Positions 37,330-46,495 of a DNA stretch of 64,000 nt are shown in pieces. Source of the stretch: Candidatus Aldehydirespiratoraceae bacterium (GTDB lineage Bacteria > Actinomycetota > Acidimicrobiia > Acidimicrobiales > Aldehydirespiratoraceae); assembly GCA_965198365.1 (NCBI GenBank), contig OZ240617.1, forward strand, positions 83,752 to 147,751. Reading direction: 5' to 3'. Within the stretch, counting starts at the first letter, position 1. The number at the start of each line of letters is the position of its first letter. The position numbers were made by a program, and so were the translations under genes. The notes under the pieces are model-generated. The model did not search any database. It had not been told where the DNA came from and saw only the letters and a list, made by a program, of their open reading frames with translations.

Positions 37330-40300
37330 TCAGGGGTTGGGGACGTCGATGGTGGAGGTGTCGGTGTTGGTTGACTGGGCGATGATTTCGACGCTTTGTC
37401 CGATGGGGTTGATCGCGGAGACGACCACTACGTAGGTGCCGGGGGTTAGATCAGTGATGGAGAATCCGCTTGCCGATTTGCCGGGGATGTCGGCGCTGCC
37501 AGTCTTGCCGATCACTCCGACTTGGTCTGGGAACCATCTCACTCGGTAGCCGGTGATTGTGCTTTCGGTGTCGGTTGCTTCGACGCTGGTCCACGTCACT
37601 TTGAGCGTGGAGTTGTCGTTCGGGTCGAGCGCCACTTTTGGTTCGAGGGTGACATCTCGATCATCCTCATCAATCAGGACCCCTTGGCTGTCTTTGTCTA
37701 CGACTGGCACACCTGCAAGGAGGGTTGAGTCGGAGTAACCCGCGCTGCCGTGGACATAACTTGTGAGTGCTCGGATCCGGACCTCATAGCTATAGCCTCT
37801 GACGAGCCCTCCGATCGTGCCGTTTGTGGCGTCGGCGGGGAAGTCTTGGATGCCGGCGTTGTCTGCGTCGGCGTCTGCGACTGTCCAGCCGATGTTGGAG
37901 ATACTGGTTCTAGTAAAGGCGGCTGCGGCTACGGCCGGGGCGATGACACGGTATTCCGCTCGGTATCCGGTGATCGGGCCACCGCCATTGGATGCCGTTG
38001 CTGGGACCGCGGACCATGTGAGATCCAGGGTTGTGCCGTTACCACCAGGCGTCGGGCTTACCGTGACTGATTTGGGGGCCGACGGGATACCGCGGGTGTC
38101 TGCATAATGTTCGGGCGAGTTTGCGCCTTCGCCGATGCTGTTCACAGCCCGGACCCACACGACATAGCCGGTATCTCCACAGAGTCCAAACCCGGAATCT
38201 GAGTTGGGGCACAGGCCGGTGAGTGAGAGGATGGTCTGTGATGCGTCGACTTGGATCTCGGTGTATGGCGACCAGACTGGTACGACGAGTGCATACCGCA
38301 CCAGGTAGTGAGTAATGGGGCTGCCCATGTCGTCGGGCGGGAGCCAAGCGACGTTCAGTGACTTGTAGCCGCTTTCGACATCAATCGAGGCAACTGGGTC
38401 GGGTACGGTGGCCGGTATTGCGGCGTCATAATCGTACGCTCCGAGGCCTCCAGTTGGCGGGGGTCCGGGCACTGCATTTGTGGCCGCGACGCGGATGTCG
38501 TAGGACGTGCCTGTGGTCAACCCTGTGATGGTCACAGTCCTGTTTTCGAAATCGATCTCACCGACGGTGCCCTGATCCCAATCAGCGTCATCTTCTCCCG
38601 ATTCACGAACTTCAACGACGTAACCGTTCACTTCCTCTGTGTCGTTGGGTGCGGGGGCACCCCAAGTCACGATCAGTGTTTCGCTGTGGTCGGGGTGCGG
38701 GTTTCCGCTGGGAAGGGTCAACGGCGGAACGCTTGCGACCACGTTGTGCGGTGCAGCGGGTACCGGTACGGGAGAGCCTTCGGCTACTGCGTCTAGAAGT
38801 GACTCGCTGCCAGCTACGGACTCTGCCGGGAGGTCGCTTTCGCCTTGGGCAGTGACGGCTTGGACCGTCACCTTATAGATGTAGCGATTGGACAAACCGG
38901 TGATCGTGTAGGACCTCTGGCTGCTAGAAACGGTGGCATCACCTAAAAGCGCACCGGACGACCACGACACTTTGTATCCGGTGATGGGGCTGCCGCCGTC
39001 TGCGTCGGCCGGGACTCCTGTCCATGTAACTCTCAAGGTTTCGTGGAGGTTGTTGATGGCAACGTTGGTGGGCGCGCTGGGCTTGCGGGCCGGGGTGCCT
39101 CGTGCGTAGGCCCATTGATTTTCGAGCGTTGGTTCGTCGGTTTGTTGATCGCCACTGCCGTCTGCGTCGTAGTAACTGCTGGCCCGCACCCTAAGTTGAC
39201 AGCTGTCTCCGTTGGTAAAAGGCTCGTTACCTTCGAGAGGCAGGAGTATTGTCTGCTCCAGGGTGGGTGCGGGTGGGTGCGTTACGGTGTCGCCCCAGGA
39301 ACGGTCGGATCCACATCTGCGTTCAATCGTGTAGTGGAGAAGGGTCGTTCCGCCGTCGTCTGTGGGTGCCGACCAGGTAAGGGTCAATCCTCCGTCGGTT
39401 CCGATGGCTCTGAGGTTCCGCGTTGTGCTTTGTGCTTTGGCCCTCGGCGTAAACGTTGCCGGGATGGCGCCTGAACCCGGGTTGGTGATCGTGCCGGCCC
39501 CTGCAGCGTTCACAGCTTGGATTGTCACTGAATATCGTACACCGTTCTGCAAGCCACTAAGGACGTGCGACCTGGCGCGAGGATTGTCGATGTCAAACTG
39601 TTGGCGGGCATCACGGCCTTTTGCCCAGCGGACCGCATAGCCGATGATCGGGCTTCCGCCATTATCGCTTGGGGGTGCCCAGCTGAGCTTCAGCGACTCG
39701 TTGTCGGCCACTACTCTAAACGAGCGAACCAACCCTGGAACGGTGGCTGGGACAGCCGACGCTTCGTCGGACCAGTCGCCGATGCCTGCATCGCTCACCG
39801 CGGCGACACGGAAGGTGTATCGGGTGCCTTTGGTGAGGCTGTCGAAGTTGGCTGAGGTGGCGTCGACAGACATCTGTCTGTCAGCGGAGTAGATGCCGTT
39901 GCCAGACTTCCACTGGACGACATAGTGCGTAACGGCTTCAGTGCCGCTGTCGAAGGGGGGTGCCCAGCTGACCTCGAGTGCATCTCCGTCCTCGCCGCTG
40001 ATCGCGGCTTGCACACGGACCGGAGCTTCAGGGGGGACCACCTCGGGGGGGACTACCTCGGGGGGCAGGGCATCAAGCAGCCGATACATGCGTGCGATGA
40101 ACGAAGCCGTCTGGGCTCGGCTGGCGTTGTCGCTTGGCGAGTATTCCGTGGCGGAAGTGCCGGTTGTGATCCCGAGGGCGAAGATTTGAGCGATTGCGGT
40201 TTGTTCCTCGGCGCTGCGATCGCCGATGTCGGTGAATTCGGTTGTTGGCGCCGGTGCGCTGCTTTTTGCTACGGCCTCGTAGAAGCGTGACAGGAAGACG

Positions 40301-40767
40301 GCGATGTGGGCGCGCGACACAGCGCCGTCGGGCGTATACGTTGTGGCGGCGGTGCCGGTGGTGACGCCAAGTCCGTAGATGCGAGCAATGCTGTCGGCGG
40401 CCCAGTGGTCTGTCGGTACATCGGTGAACGGCGTCTCGACCACGCCTGCGTCTGTGCCCGTGACCGCTTTGTAGGTACCTGCCATGAACGCTGCCATCTG
40501 GGCGCGCGTCACGTTTTCGTCGGGTCGGAACGAGCTACCGGTGGTCTGTGTGATCTCCAGTTCCAGCAAACAGCGGATGTCGTTGAATGCGAAGTGCGTT
40601 TCTGGAACATCGGTGTACGGCAACGTGCCCTCGCCGGAGGGACACGACTCACCGCCGGTCTGCGCGCTCGATGTGACCGTTGCCAACCCGAGACTGGCTA
40701 CGACGATGACGGCCACCGCCATGGGAGCGAGTCGAAGCCCGCTCGACCGAAACGCTCGACTACGCAC
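37330..40767 (-). CDS. Secreted SLH(x3)-FN3(x8) surface protein, paralog 2
   Basis: Same architecture as paralog 1; the paralog-type start (TTG 40807) is out of frame, so GTG 40767 is used. Confidence 0.9.
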   Translation of the reverse strand: MRSRAFRSSGLRLAPMAVAVIVVASLGLATVTSSAQTGGESCPSGEGTLPYTDVPETHFAFNDIRCLLELEITQTTGSSFRPDENVTRAQMAAFMAGTYKAVTGTDAGVVETPFTDVPTDHWAADSIARIYGLGVTTGTAATTYTPDGAVSRAHIAVFLSRFYEAVAKSSAPAPTTEFTDIGDRSAEEQTAIAQIFALGITTGTSATEYSPSDNASRAQTASFIARMYRLLDALPPEVVPPEVVPPEAPVRVQAAISGEDGDALEVSWAPPFDSGTEAVTHYVVQWKSGNGIYSADRQMSVDATSANFDSLTKGTRYTFRVAAVSDAGIGDWSDEASAVPATVPGLVRSFRVVADNESLKLSWAPPSDNGGSPIIGYAVRWAKGRDARQQFDIDNPRARSHVLSGLQNGVRYSVTIQAVNAAGAGTITNPGSGAIPATFTPRAKAQSTTRNLRAIGTDGGLTLTWSAPTDDGGTTLLHYTIERRCGSDRSWGDTVTHPPAPTLEQTILLPLEGNEPFTNGDSCQLRVRASSYYDADGSGDQQTDEPTLENQWAYARGTPARKPSAPTNVAINNLHETLRVTWTGVPADADGGSPITGYKVSWSSGALLGDATVSSSQRSYTITGLSNRYIYKVTVQAVTAQGESDLPAESVAGSESLLDAVAEGSPVPVPAAPHNVVASVPPLTLPSGNPHPDHSETLIVTWGAPAPNDTEEVNGYVVEVRESGEDDADWDQGTVGEIDFENRTVTITGLTTGTSYDIRVAATNAVPGPPPTGGLGAYDYDAAIPATVPDPVASIDVESGYKSLNVAWLPPDDMGSPITHYLVRYALVVPVWSPYTEIQVDASQTILSLTGLCPNSDSGFGLCGDTGYVVWVRAVNSIGEGANSPEHYADTRGIPSAPKSVTVSPTPGGNGTTLDLTWSAVPATASNGGGPITGYRAEYRVIAPAVAAAAFTRTSISNIGWTVADADADNAGIQDFPADATNGTIGGLVRGYSYEVRIRALTSYVHGSAGYSDSTLLAGVPVVDKDSQGVLIDEDDRDVTLEPKVALDPNDNSTLKVTWTSVEATDTESTITGYRVRWFPDQVGVIGKTGSADIPGKSASGFSITDLTPGTYVVVVSAINPIGQSVEIIAQSTNTDTSTIDVPNP

Positions 40768-40977
40768 TCTGCGCGGCGCTCCCTCTCAGTGTTGCTGCTG
40801 AACTCAATACTGCTCCATAGCGGTTCGGCTCCCAGCAACGCGCTAGGACGCAGAAAACACGATTCCAACAGTCTTACACTACAAACACAGCATAATAATC
40901 ACACCTTCCAAGTCGATGTGGTTCCGGGTTCTGCAGATTGTTGATCCGCCGCTCCTCGCTCAGCTTGGGGTGAACTG

Positions 40978-41325
40978 CTAGGCCGCTATGAAGACCGAGC
41001 CGCAGATGGCGACAGTCATCACGACAATTGCCACAACGAACGCCCAAACATCTCTGCTGCGTTTGTCCGACAGTTCCGCGAACCGCGTGTCGACCGCCGC
41101 GAACTGCTTCTTGATCTCCGCGAACTGCTCAGCGAGCTGTTCGCGGAGTTGCGCGAACTGGACGTCCATCTTGGTGTTGAGTGCGACGAAACCGGCCTGT
41201 GTCTTGACCTCGAGGTCTGCCAGGTCACGTTTCGTGGCCAACTGCTCCCATCCTCCAGGTGGTTGCTGTGCCATAAGGAATTCCGCAATGGTCGAGTCAG
41301 GGGGGAAGTGGCTTACGGGCATCAC
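40978..41325 (-). pseudogene. Family A copy 2; head deleted and fused in frame to leader sequence
   Basis: Lacks MALTEQ...GQQE; junction AATTCCGC|AATGGTCGAG at about 41286; W-to-TAG change trims the C-terminus. Confidence 0.75.
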
Positions 41326-41346
41326 AGTATCATCAAAGCCATTCAG
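41287..41346. repeat. Conserved leader L, copy 2 (partial)
   Basis: Near-identical core to the other L copies. Confidence 0.9.
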
Positions 41347-41463
41347 AAATACTAATTCTGCTTGATATTGGTTCTACCGCAGGTCTGGTGATATGGTGCG
41401 TCCACTCGCTCAGCAATGGCGACAACTTCCCGAAACAAGAAACTTGACGAAGGGAGCCTTGCC

Positions 41464-41904
41464 ATGGCGGAAGGCGAGCAGGAGCGTTTTGAGCTCCTCA
41501 ACAGTTTGATCGAAGTACACGGAGAGGATGTGGCCAGGAAACTCATGGACTCCCTACCTCCATTTTCTTGGGACCAAGTCGCAACCAAAGACGATCTCAA
41601 GGCGCTGTCCACAGCGATAACGGCGAAATTCGATCAAGTCGACGCTCAGTTCACTGCTGTGGCTGCGGAGTTTGTGAATCTGCGAGGGGAGATCTCGAAG
41701 GTCGAGGGCAACCTCTCCAAAGAGATCGCAGGACTATCGAGAGAAGTCGGCAAGCTAGACAGCAAATTCTCCACAAAGATCGGACAGCTCGACAGCAGTT
41801 TCTCCAAGAAGATCACGGAACAGACTCGAGTAATGGTGCTGACGATGGCAGGGTTCTCGGTGGCCGTGTGCTTGGCTATGGCAGGCGGCATCCTCTTCGC
41901 CTGA
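41464..41904 (+). CDS. Coiled-coil membrane-anchored protein, family B copy 1
   Basis: LPPFSWDQVATKDDL neck, heptad/hendecad stalk, C-terminal TM; GAAGGGAG RBS before ATG 41464. Confidence 0.85.
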   Translation: MAEGEQERFELLNSLIEVHGEDVARKLMDSLPPFSWDQVATKDDLKALSTAITAKFDQVDAQFTAVAAEFVNLRGEISKVEGNLSKEIAGLSREVGKLDSKFSTKIGQLDSSFSKKITEQTRVMVLTMAGFSVAVCLAMAGGILFA

Positions 41905-41993
41905 CCGCACAGCTCAGAGTTCCAGTGTCTTGGACCCGTCTAGTGTCGCTTCGGGTCGGGTGGCGGCTTTGGTCATGAACGAGCTGGGGACGG

Positions 41994-42209
41994 TTACGTT
42001 GGCGGCTCGTGGTCGGCTGTTACCGGCCAGCCATGCGGTCTCAGTATGGCTACCTGCATCACTCCTGGTTCATCTCTGTTCAAGAACTCACCGCTATCCC
42101 ACCGACGCGCGAACTCGATCCCGTCGATATCCAGGGGACGACGAGCTGCGTCATCGAAGATCTCCCACTGCTCTTCGGCGGAGATGAGTTCGAAACTCAC
42201 ACCTGCCAT
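41994..42209 (-). CDS. Small hypothetical protein (antitoxin-like, no adjacent partner)
   Basis: FDDAARR.L.IDG.EFARRWDSGE motif; AGGAG RBS. Confidence 0.55.
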   Translation of the reverse strand: MAGVSFELISAEEQWEIFDDAARRPLDIDGIEFARRWDSGEFLNRDEPGVMQVAILRPHGWPVTADHEPPT

Positions 42210-42274
42210 CGCTCAGCTCCTCCCGTTCACAGCACAACATACCAGTGCCATAGGCAAGGGGCAGATCAAAAACC

Positions 42275-42353
42275 GAATCCGACGAATGGCAGCACATTGG
42301 TGAATCTGTCGTTACGAAGGCGCGTACCAGCGTGAGCCTCTTAGAGGTGGGCC
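42275..42353. repeat. Intergenic repeat B, copy 1
   Basis: Matches 44084-44160; contains the CCTCT-T-AGAGG palindrome. Confidence 0.85.
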
Positions 42354-42454
42354 GCTACTAACTGGAGGACAAAACTTCGCTGTGCTCTATCGTGCTGGTT
42401 CCGGGTCATCAAGAGACTTGGTTGCTCTGTCGTGGAAAAAGTCGCCGAGCCGGC
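42354..42454. repeat. Intergenic repeat C, copy 1
   Basis: Matches 48033-48133 (AACTGGAGGA...GCTCTATCG...ATCAAGAGACTYGGTTGCTCT). Confidence 0.8.
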
Positions 42455-42541
42455 CCCACCGAAGCAAACGCGTCAAACGCGCCCGCTTGCGGGTTCCGCA
42501 TCACGTTGCGCATACTAGAGCCCCCCCTAGAGGTACACCAC

Positions 42542-42793
42542 ATGTCTAACGATGCGGCTTCACAAGTCGAATCGAACTACGCCATCTACCTCGATAAGTA
42601 CAAGGACGAGGCAGAGCGATACCACAAGGGCGAGGTCGCGCTGATGGTTGACTGCGAGATCATAGAGTACTTCCCGACAGCCGGCGACGCGTACGACGCA
42701 GGCTGCGAACGGTATGGTTTGGGGAACTTCTCAATCCAAGAGATCGGAGCCGCTCCGATCGGCCTCGGTGCTCAGTCTCTCGAATTGCTATAG
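42542..42793 (+). CDS. Small DUF5678-like protein, copy 1
   Basis: NY..Y......HKGEVALM.D.EII..F.....AY..G...YG.G.FSI..IG pattern shared with 45281-45529; GAGG RBS. Confidence 0.65.
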   Translation: MSNDAASQVESNYAIYLDKYKDEAERYHKGEVALMVDCEIIEYFPTAGDAYDAGCERYGLGNFSIQEIGAAPIGLGAQSLELL

Positions 42794-42825
42794 CTGCAGC
42801 GCCAGTTCTTCGCCTAAGCAGTGCC

Positions 42826-43332
42826 ATGGGGTCCGTGAGTGTAATCAGGGGAGATCTATTCGAGTCGAACGCGCAAACCTTGGTGAATACGGTCAACTGC
42901 GTTGGCGTGATGGGCAAAGGTGTCGCGCTGCAGTTCAAGAAGCGGTTCCCGGATATGTTTGCGGAGTATGCCCGTCGTTGTCGCGACGGCGAGGTCCAGC
43001 CTGGTGAGCCGTACCTTTGGGCGCCTTTGGTTCCCCCCTGGGTGTTGAACTTCCCAACAAAGGACCACTGGCGTTCAGTCGCGAAACTTCAAGACATCGT
43101 CGACGGGCTCGACTACCTCAGAGAGCATTACGAAGGTTGGGGTATCGAGTCGATGGCCGTGCCTTCGCTTGGCTGCGGGGAAGGTCAGCTTGACTGGCAT
43201 GTCGTTGGTCCTGTCCTGGTTCGCAAGCTCAGCGAATTCAACATTGATGTCGAGCTGTACGCGCCTCTCGATGCAACCGACCGAGGTATTTCCGCCTCAG
43301 GACATCGTGTGGAGAGGGTCCCTCACCTTTGA
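42826..43332 (+). CDS. Macrodomain (DarG-like ADP-ribose glycohydrolase), N-terminal domain only
   Basis: GDLF, NTVNCVGVMGKGVALQFK, NFPTKDHWR, PSLGCGEGQLDW; ends just after ELYAP; no darT neighbour. Confidence 0.85.
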   Translation: MGSVSVIRGDLFESNAQTLVNTVNCVGVMGKGVALQFKKRFPDMFAEYARRCRDGEVQPGEPYLWAPLVPPWVLNFPTKDHWRSVAKLQDIVDGLDYLREHYEGWGIESMAVPSLGCGEGQLDWHVVGPVLVRKLSEFNIDVELYAPLDATDRGISASGHRVERVPHL

Positions 43333-43372
43333 GATGCGCGAGTTCCTGGAGCAGTTCACCCCTAGTCGGAAC

Positions 43373-43609
43373 CTAGAATCCCTGTGTGGAGTTCGACGCG
43401 ACCATACGCCCGAGGTTGGGAGCCGAGGCGCGGGCTGCAGGGAAGTAACTCTGTTCGGCCAACTCATAGGCGGCAATAAGATCGGAGACACCGGCCTCGT
43501 ACTGCGCCAACCCTTCTATCGCTTGGTCAGCTGTCAGTCCAATCGAGTCGTCAGTGATTGGGGCTGTGCCCCCAACAGTAATCTCTACTCGAGTTTGACC
43601 ATCTGACAT
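43373..43609 (-). CDS. Hypothetical protein (78 aa)
   Basis: ATG start 9 nt after the family A copy 3 stop; plausible composition. Confidence 0.45.
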   Translation of the reverse strand: MSDGQTRVEITVGGTAPITDDSIGLTADQAIEGLAQYEAGVSDLIAAYELAEQSYFPAARASAPNLGRMVASNSTQGF

Positions 43610-43618
43610 GACGGTTAT

Positions 43619-43993
43619 TCAGGCTGGTACGAATTGCCAGGCCGCCAAGAAGACTGAGCCGCAGATGGAGACAGTAATCACGGCGATTGCCACAACGAAC
43701 GCCCAAACGTCTCTGCTGCGTTTGTCCGACAGATCAGCGAACCGCGTGTCGACTGCTGCGAATCGCTCAGCGAGCTGTTCGCGGAGCTGCGCGAACTGGA
43801 CGTCCATCTTGGCGTTGAGTTCGACGAATCCGGTCTGTGTCTTGAGCTCAAGGTCTGCCAGGTCACGTTTGGTGGCCAACTGTTCCCATCCTCCAGGTGG
43901 TTGCTGTGCCATAAGGAACTCCGCTTCCTGTTGACCTATCGTGTCGGCAAGACTGCTGTAGATTTCGGCTCGCTGCTGCTCTGTCAGGACCAC
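43619..43993 (-). CDS. Family A copy 3 (shortest stalk, 124 aa)
   Basis: Paralog of 36702-37181; GTG start at 43993; the upstream leader happens to be in frame. Confidence 0.85.
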   Translation of the reverse strand: MVLTEQQRAEIYSSLADTIGQQEAEFLMAQQPPGGWEQLATKRDLADLELKTQTGFVELNAKMDVQFAQLREQLAERFAAVDTRFADLSDKRSRDVWAFVVAIAVITVSICGSVFLAAWQFVPA

Positions 43994-44160
43994 TATGGTC
44001 TCCCTCCAATTCGTGATGATCGAGTCAGGGGGGAAGTGGCTTACGAGCATCACAGTATCATCAAAGCCATTCAGAGACAATCTAATCCGACGAACGGCAG
44101 CACATTGGTGAATCTGTCGTTACGATGACGCGTACCAGCTTGAGCCTCTTAGAGGTGGCC
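43994..44160. repeat. Leader L copy 3 joined to repeat B copy 2
   Basis: L core runs into AATCCGACGAACGGCAGCACATTGGTG...CCTCTTAGAGGTGG. Confidence 0.9.
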
Positions 44161-44169
44161 AAGCCGAGC

Positions 44170-44191
44170 AAAGCCCGCTCCGGCGGGCTTT
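44170..44191. terminator. Bidirectional Rho-independent terminator
   Basis: AAAGCCCGC-TCCG-GCGGGCTTT. Confidence 0.8.
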
Positions 44192-44204
44192 TGCGCGTCA
44201 TCTG

Positions 44205-44390
44205 TTAGAAGCAACCTGTCCCAGCCAAAATGTGCCATGCAAGTCGGAGTTGTTCGGTCTCGAAGCGACCCAACTCTCCCTGCTCGCGAAGTTCCGGTAT
44301 CGTCGTATCCGCCTCGTCAAGGACTTTCTGAATGAGGATGTCAAGTTCTTCTTGGCTGCCGATTTCTTCGACAACCGGTGTTAGGCCCAT
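44205..44390 (-). CDS. 61-aa hypothetical protein G, copy 1 (orphan)
   Basis: Same length and near-identical to 51347-51532; AGAAAGG RBS. Confidence 0.7.
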   Translation of the reverse strand: MGLTPVVEEIGSQEELDILIQKVLDEADTTIPELREQGELGRFETEQLRLAWHILAGTGCF

Positions 44391-44467
44391 GCTGGGTTTT
44401 GCCTTTCTGGCTTTTGCGCAAGCGCTGTCTGCGTGAACAAGGTCAACCACCCGACTCGCTGTCTTCG

Positions 44468-44869
44468 CTAGTTGAGGCTGACCACGACACTGACGATCGC
44501 GACACAAAGAACCAACAACGTCAAGAAGTTTGCATAGAAGACACTTGCACGTCTCTCAGAAGTCTTGCCCGACTGCGCAACCATCCCAGCGAGAACAACT
44601 TGGACAGCGGCAAAGCCTTCCCTCATCTCGACGCGGACTGTGCTGAGACCGACTTCCAAGTCCTGCTTGGTGGCAAACTCCTGCTTGATGGCGTCCTCAA
44701 GAGCCTTGAGGTCCTGCTTGGTGGCAAACTCCTTGAGGTCTTGTTTGGTGGCCAACTGTTCCCAGCCGCCTGGTGGATGGTTTGCCATAAGGAACTCCGC
44801 TCCCGGTTGACCTATCGTGTCGGCAAGGCTGCTGTAGATTTCGGCTCGCTGCTGCTCTGTCAGGGCCAC
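44468..44869 (-). CDS. Family A copy 4: A-type head with an unrelated triple-neck stalk and anchor
   Basis: MALTEQQRAEIY...PPGGWEQLATK, then ATKQDL x3 and a different TM. Confidence 0.85.
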   Translation of the reverse strand: MALTEQQRAEIYSSLADTIGQPGAEFLMANHPPGGWEQLATKQDLKEFATKQDLKALEDAIKQEFATKQDLEVGLSTVRVEMREGFAAVQVVLAGMVAQSGKTSERRASVFYANFLTLLVLCVAIVSVVVSLN

Positions 44870-45063
44870 TATGGTCTCCCATCCAATTCGTAATGATCGA
44901 GTCAGGGGGGAAGTGGCTTACGGGCATCACAGTATCACCAAAGCCATTCAGAGACAATCGAATCAGACTAACGGCAACCAACGCACACTTCGAGTGATAC
45001 GGTACGGGTACTCGTTCAGCAATGGCGCCAACTTCCCATCACAAGCAACTTGACACCATGGCA
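44870..45063. repeat. Leader L copy 4 plus segment M (family B upstream region), B gene absent
   Basis: Near-identical to 48681-48879 except the GAAGGGAACTTG RBS segment is missing. Confidence 0.9.
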
Positions 45064-45280
45064 GTGTCTACGACAAGGAGGAGGCCTAGCAACGACGACC
45101 GCCGCCACCCGCTGAACGCTCCGAGCGGAGTAAAAAATCGTACCCAATGCCCAGGTGCGACACCACACAGATGTAGTATTAGTGGACACACGCCAGAGGA
45201 GAGAGGGCATCAACCATGGCGGATGCGCTTACCGCTTCTTCAGCAGCGGTCGCTTCGGAGATCGATGTCGCCGCCCGAGC

Positions 45281-45529
45281 ATGAGAACCATCGACGAGCA
45301 GGTCCAAAAGAACTACGAGGCTTACATCAACGAACACCAAGCTGAAATGGAACAGACCCATCTCGGCAAAACCCTCCTCATGCACGACGAAGAGATCATT
45401 GACATGTTCGAGGACCCAGGAATGGCTTACCTCCGCGGCTACGAGGAATACGGACTTGGGCAGTTCACGCTCATCACAGTCGGCGAAAAACCTGTCCAAC
45501 TCGGCGTGATGTCGATAGCACTGGCATAA
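45281..45529 (+). CDS. Small DUF5678-like protein, copy 2
   Basis: MRTIDEQVQKNYEAY...HLGKTLLMHDEEII; preceded by a 22-codon ORF (45216-45284) overlapping by ATGA. Confidence 0.65.
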   Translation: MRTIDEQVQKNYEAYINEHQAEMEQTHLGKTLLMHDEEIIDMFEDPGMAYLRGYEEYGLGQFTLITVGEKPVQLGVMSIALA

Positions 45530-45539
45530 CCCGCCCGTC

Positions 45540-45938
45540 GTGCCCACGTTCAACGTCGAGATCGTCGACGACCGAATCATGGTTGAAGCGACGCTCTCTG
45601 TACCGCCCGACGGCCCGAAGAGCGATCCGTTCACGGCTCTGGTTGATACAGGTGCTCAGGCCACGATGATCTCGGAAAAGGTTGCCAACGCACTCGGTGC
45701 GGCCTCCGTGGGTAGGAGAAATATCGTTTCGCTCGGCGGGGAGCCCGTCGAGTCACCCGTGTACAGACTCAGGATCAGCGTTGGGAGCAGCACATCAGGG
45801 ACCTTTTCCGCGTGGAAGGAACTCTACGTACAGCTACTCCCGGCTGATCCACCGAATTTTGATGTGCTGTTAGGTATGGACATCCTCGCTTCGTTTCACA
45901 TCACCATGCACGACGGGTACTTCACCCTTAGGGACTAG
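45540..45938 (+). CDS. Retropepsin-like (clan AA) aspartyl protease
   Basis: ALVDTGA catalytic motif and VLLGMDIL. Confidence 0.85.
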   Translation: MPTFNVEIVDDRIMVEATLSVPPDGPKSDPFTALVDTGAQATMISEKVANALGAASVGRRNIVSLGGEPVESPVYRLRISVGSSTSGTFSAWKELYVQLLPADPPNFDVLLGMDILASFHITMHDGYFTLRD

Positions 45939-46132
45939 CAACCCACGAGAACCACCAACAACCGACCGCCACCAGACTTCACACCATGACTACCCAACGC
46001 ATACGGAGGACCCGGTGACCGGGCCCATCATGAACCTGAGGTCGACGCCGAACGTCCCCCAGCGGAGTATGCCAACTCCGCTCGCCGCGGCGCTGACCGG
46101 AGCGTTTGGCAGCACTAATCGGCTGACAGTGG

Positions 46133-46495
46133 TCAGTCGTCCAGCGTCCAGCGGGTCGGGTCGAGGCCCTCTTGGGTGGCGTAGGTGTGCCAGCTGAGGA
46201 AGTGGGTCTCGGGGGGTGCGGGGATGCCGGCTGCGTGGGTTACTTCGGGTAGGTATGACCAGTAGCCGGTGGTGGTTCGGTGCCGACGGGTCGAGATGAC
46301 GCCTTCTGTGGCGAGTCGACCTAGGCAACCACCGAGGAAGCTGGACGCTGAGTACCTTGTCTTCTTTCTGCTTGAGTGGCCCCAGCGTCGAACCATCTGG
46401 GCATAGGTGGTGGGATACGCGATCTTGTAGCGGTGTTCGATGATGCCGTATTCGAGCCATTGGTCGGAGTTGTCGATGCATTGGATCAACGCGTC
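46133..46495 (-). pseudogene. 5'-truncated copy of the 50338-50883 gene
   Basis: IQCI..SDQWLEYGIIEHRY onward matches; the Zn-ribbon N-terminus is missing. Confidence 0.8.

Noticed and set aside
43994-44080. Genuine N-terminal extension MSLNGFDD... of family A proteins
   Set aside because: In frame only in copy 3 (1-nt indel) and copy 2 (deletion); other copies are out of frame, and an RBS-like GGGAGA precedes the GTG start.
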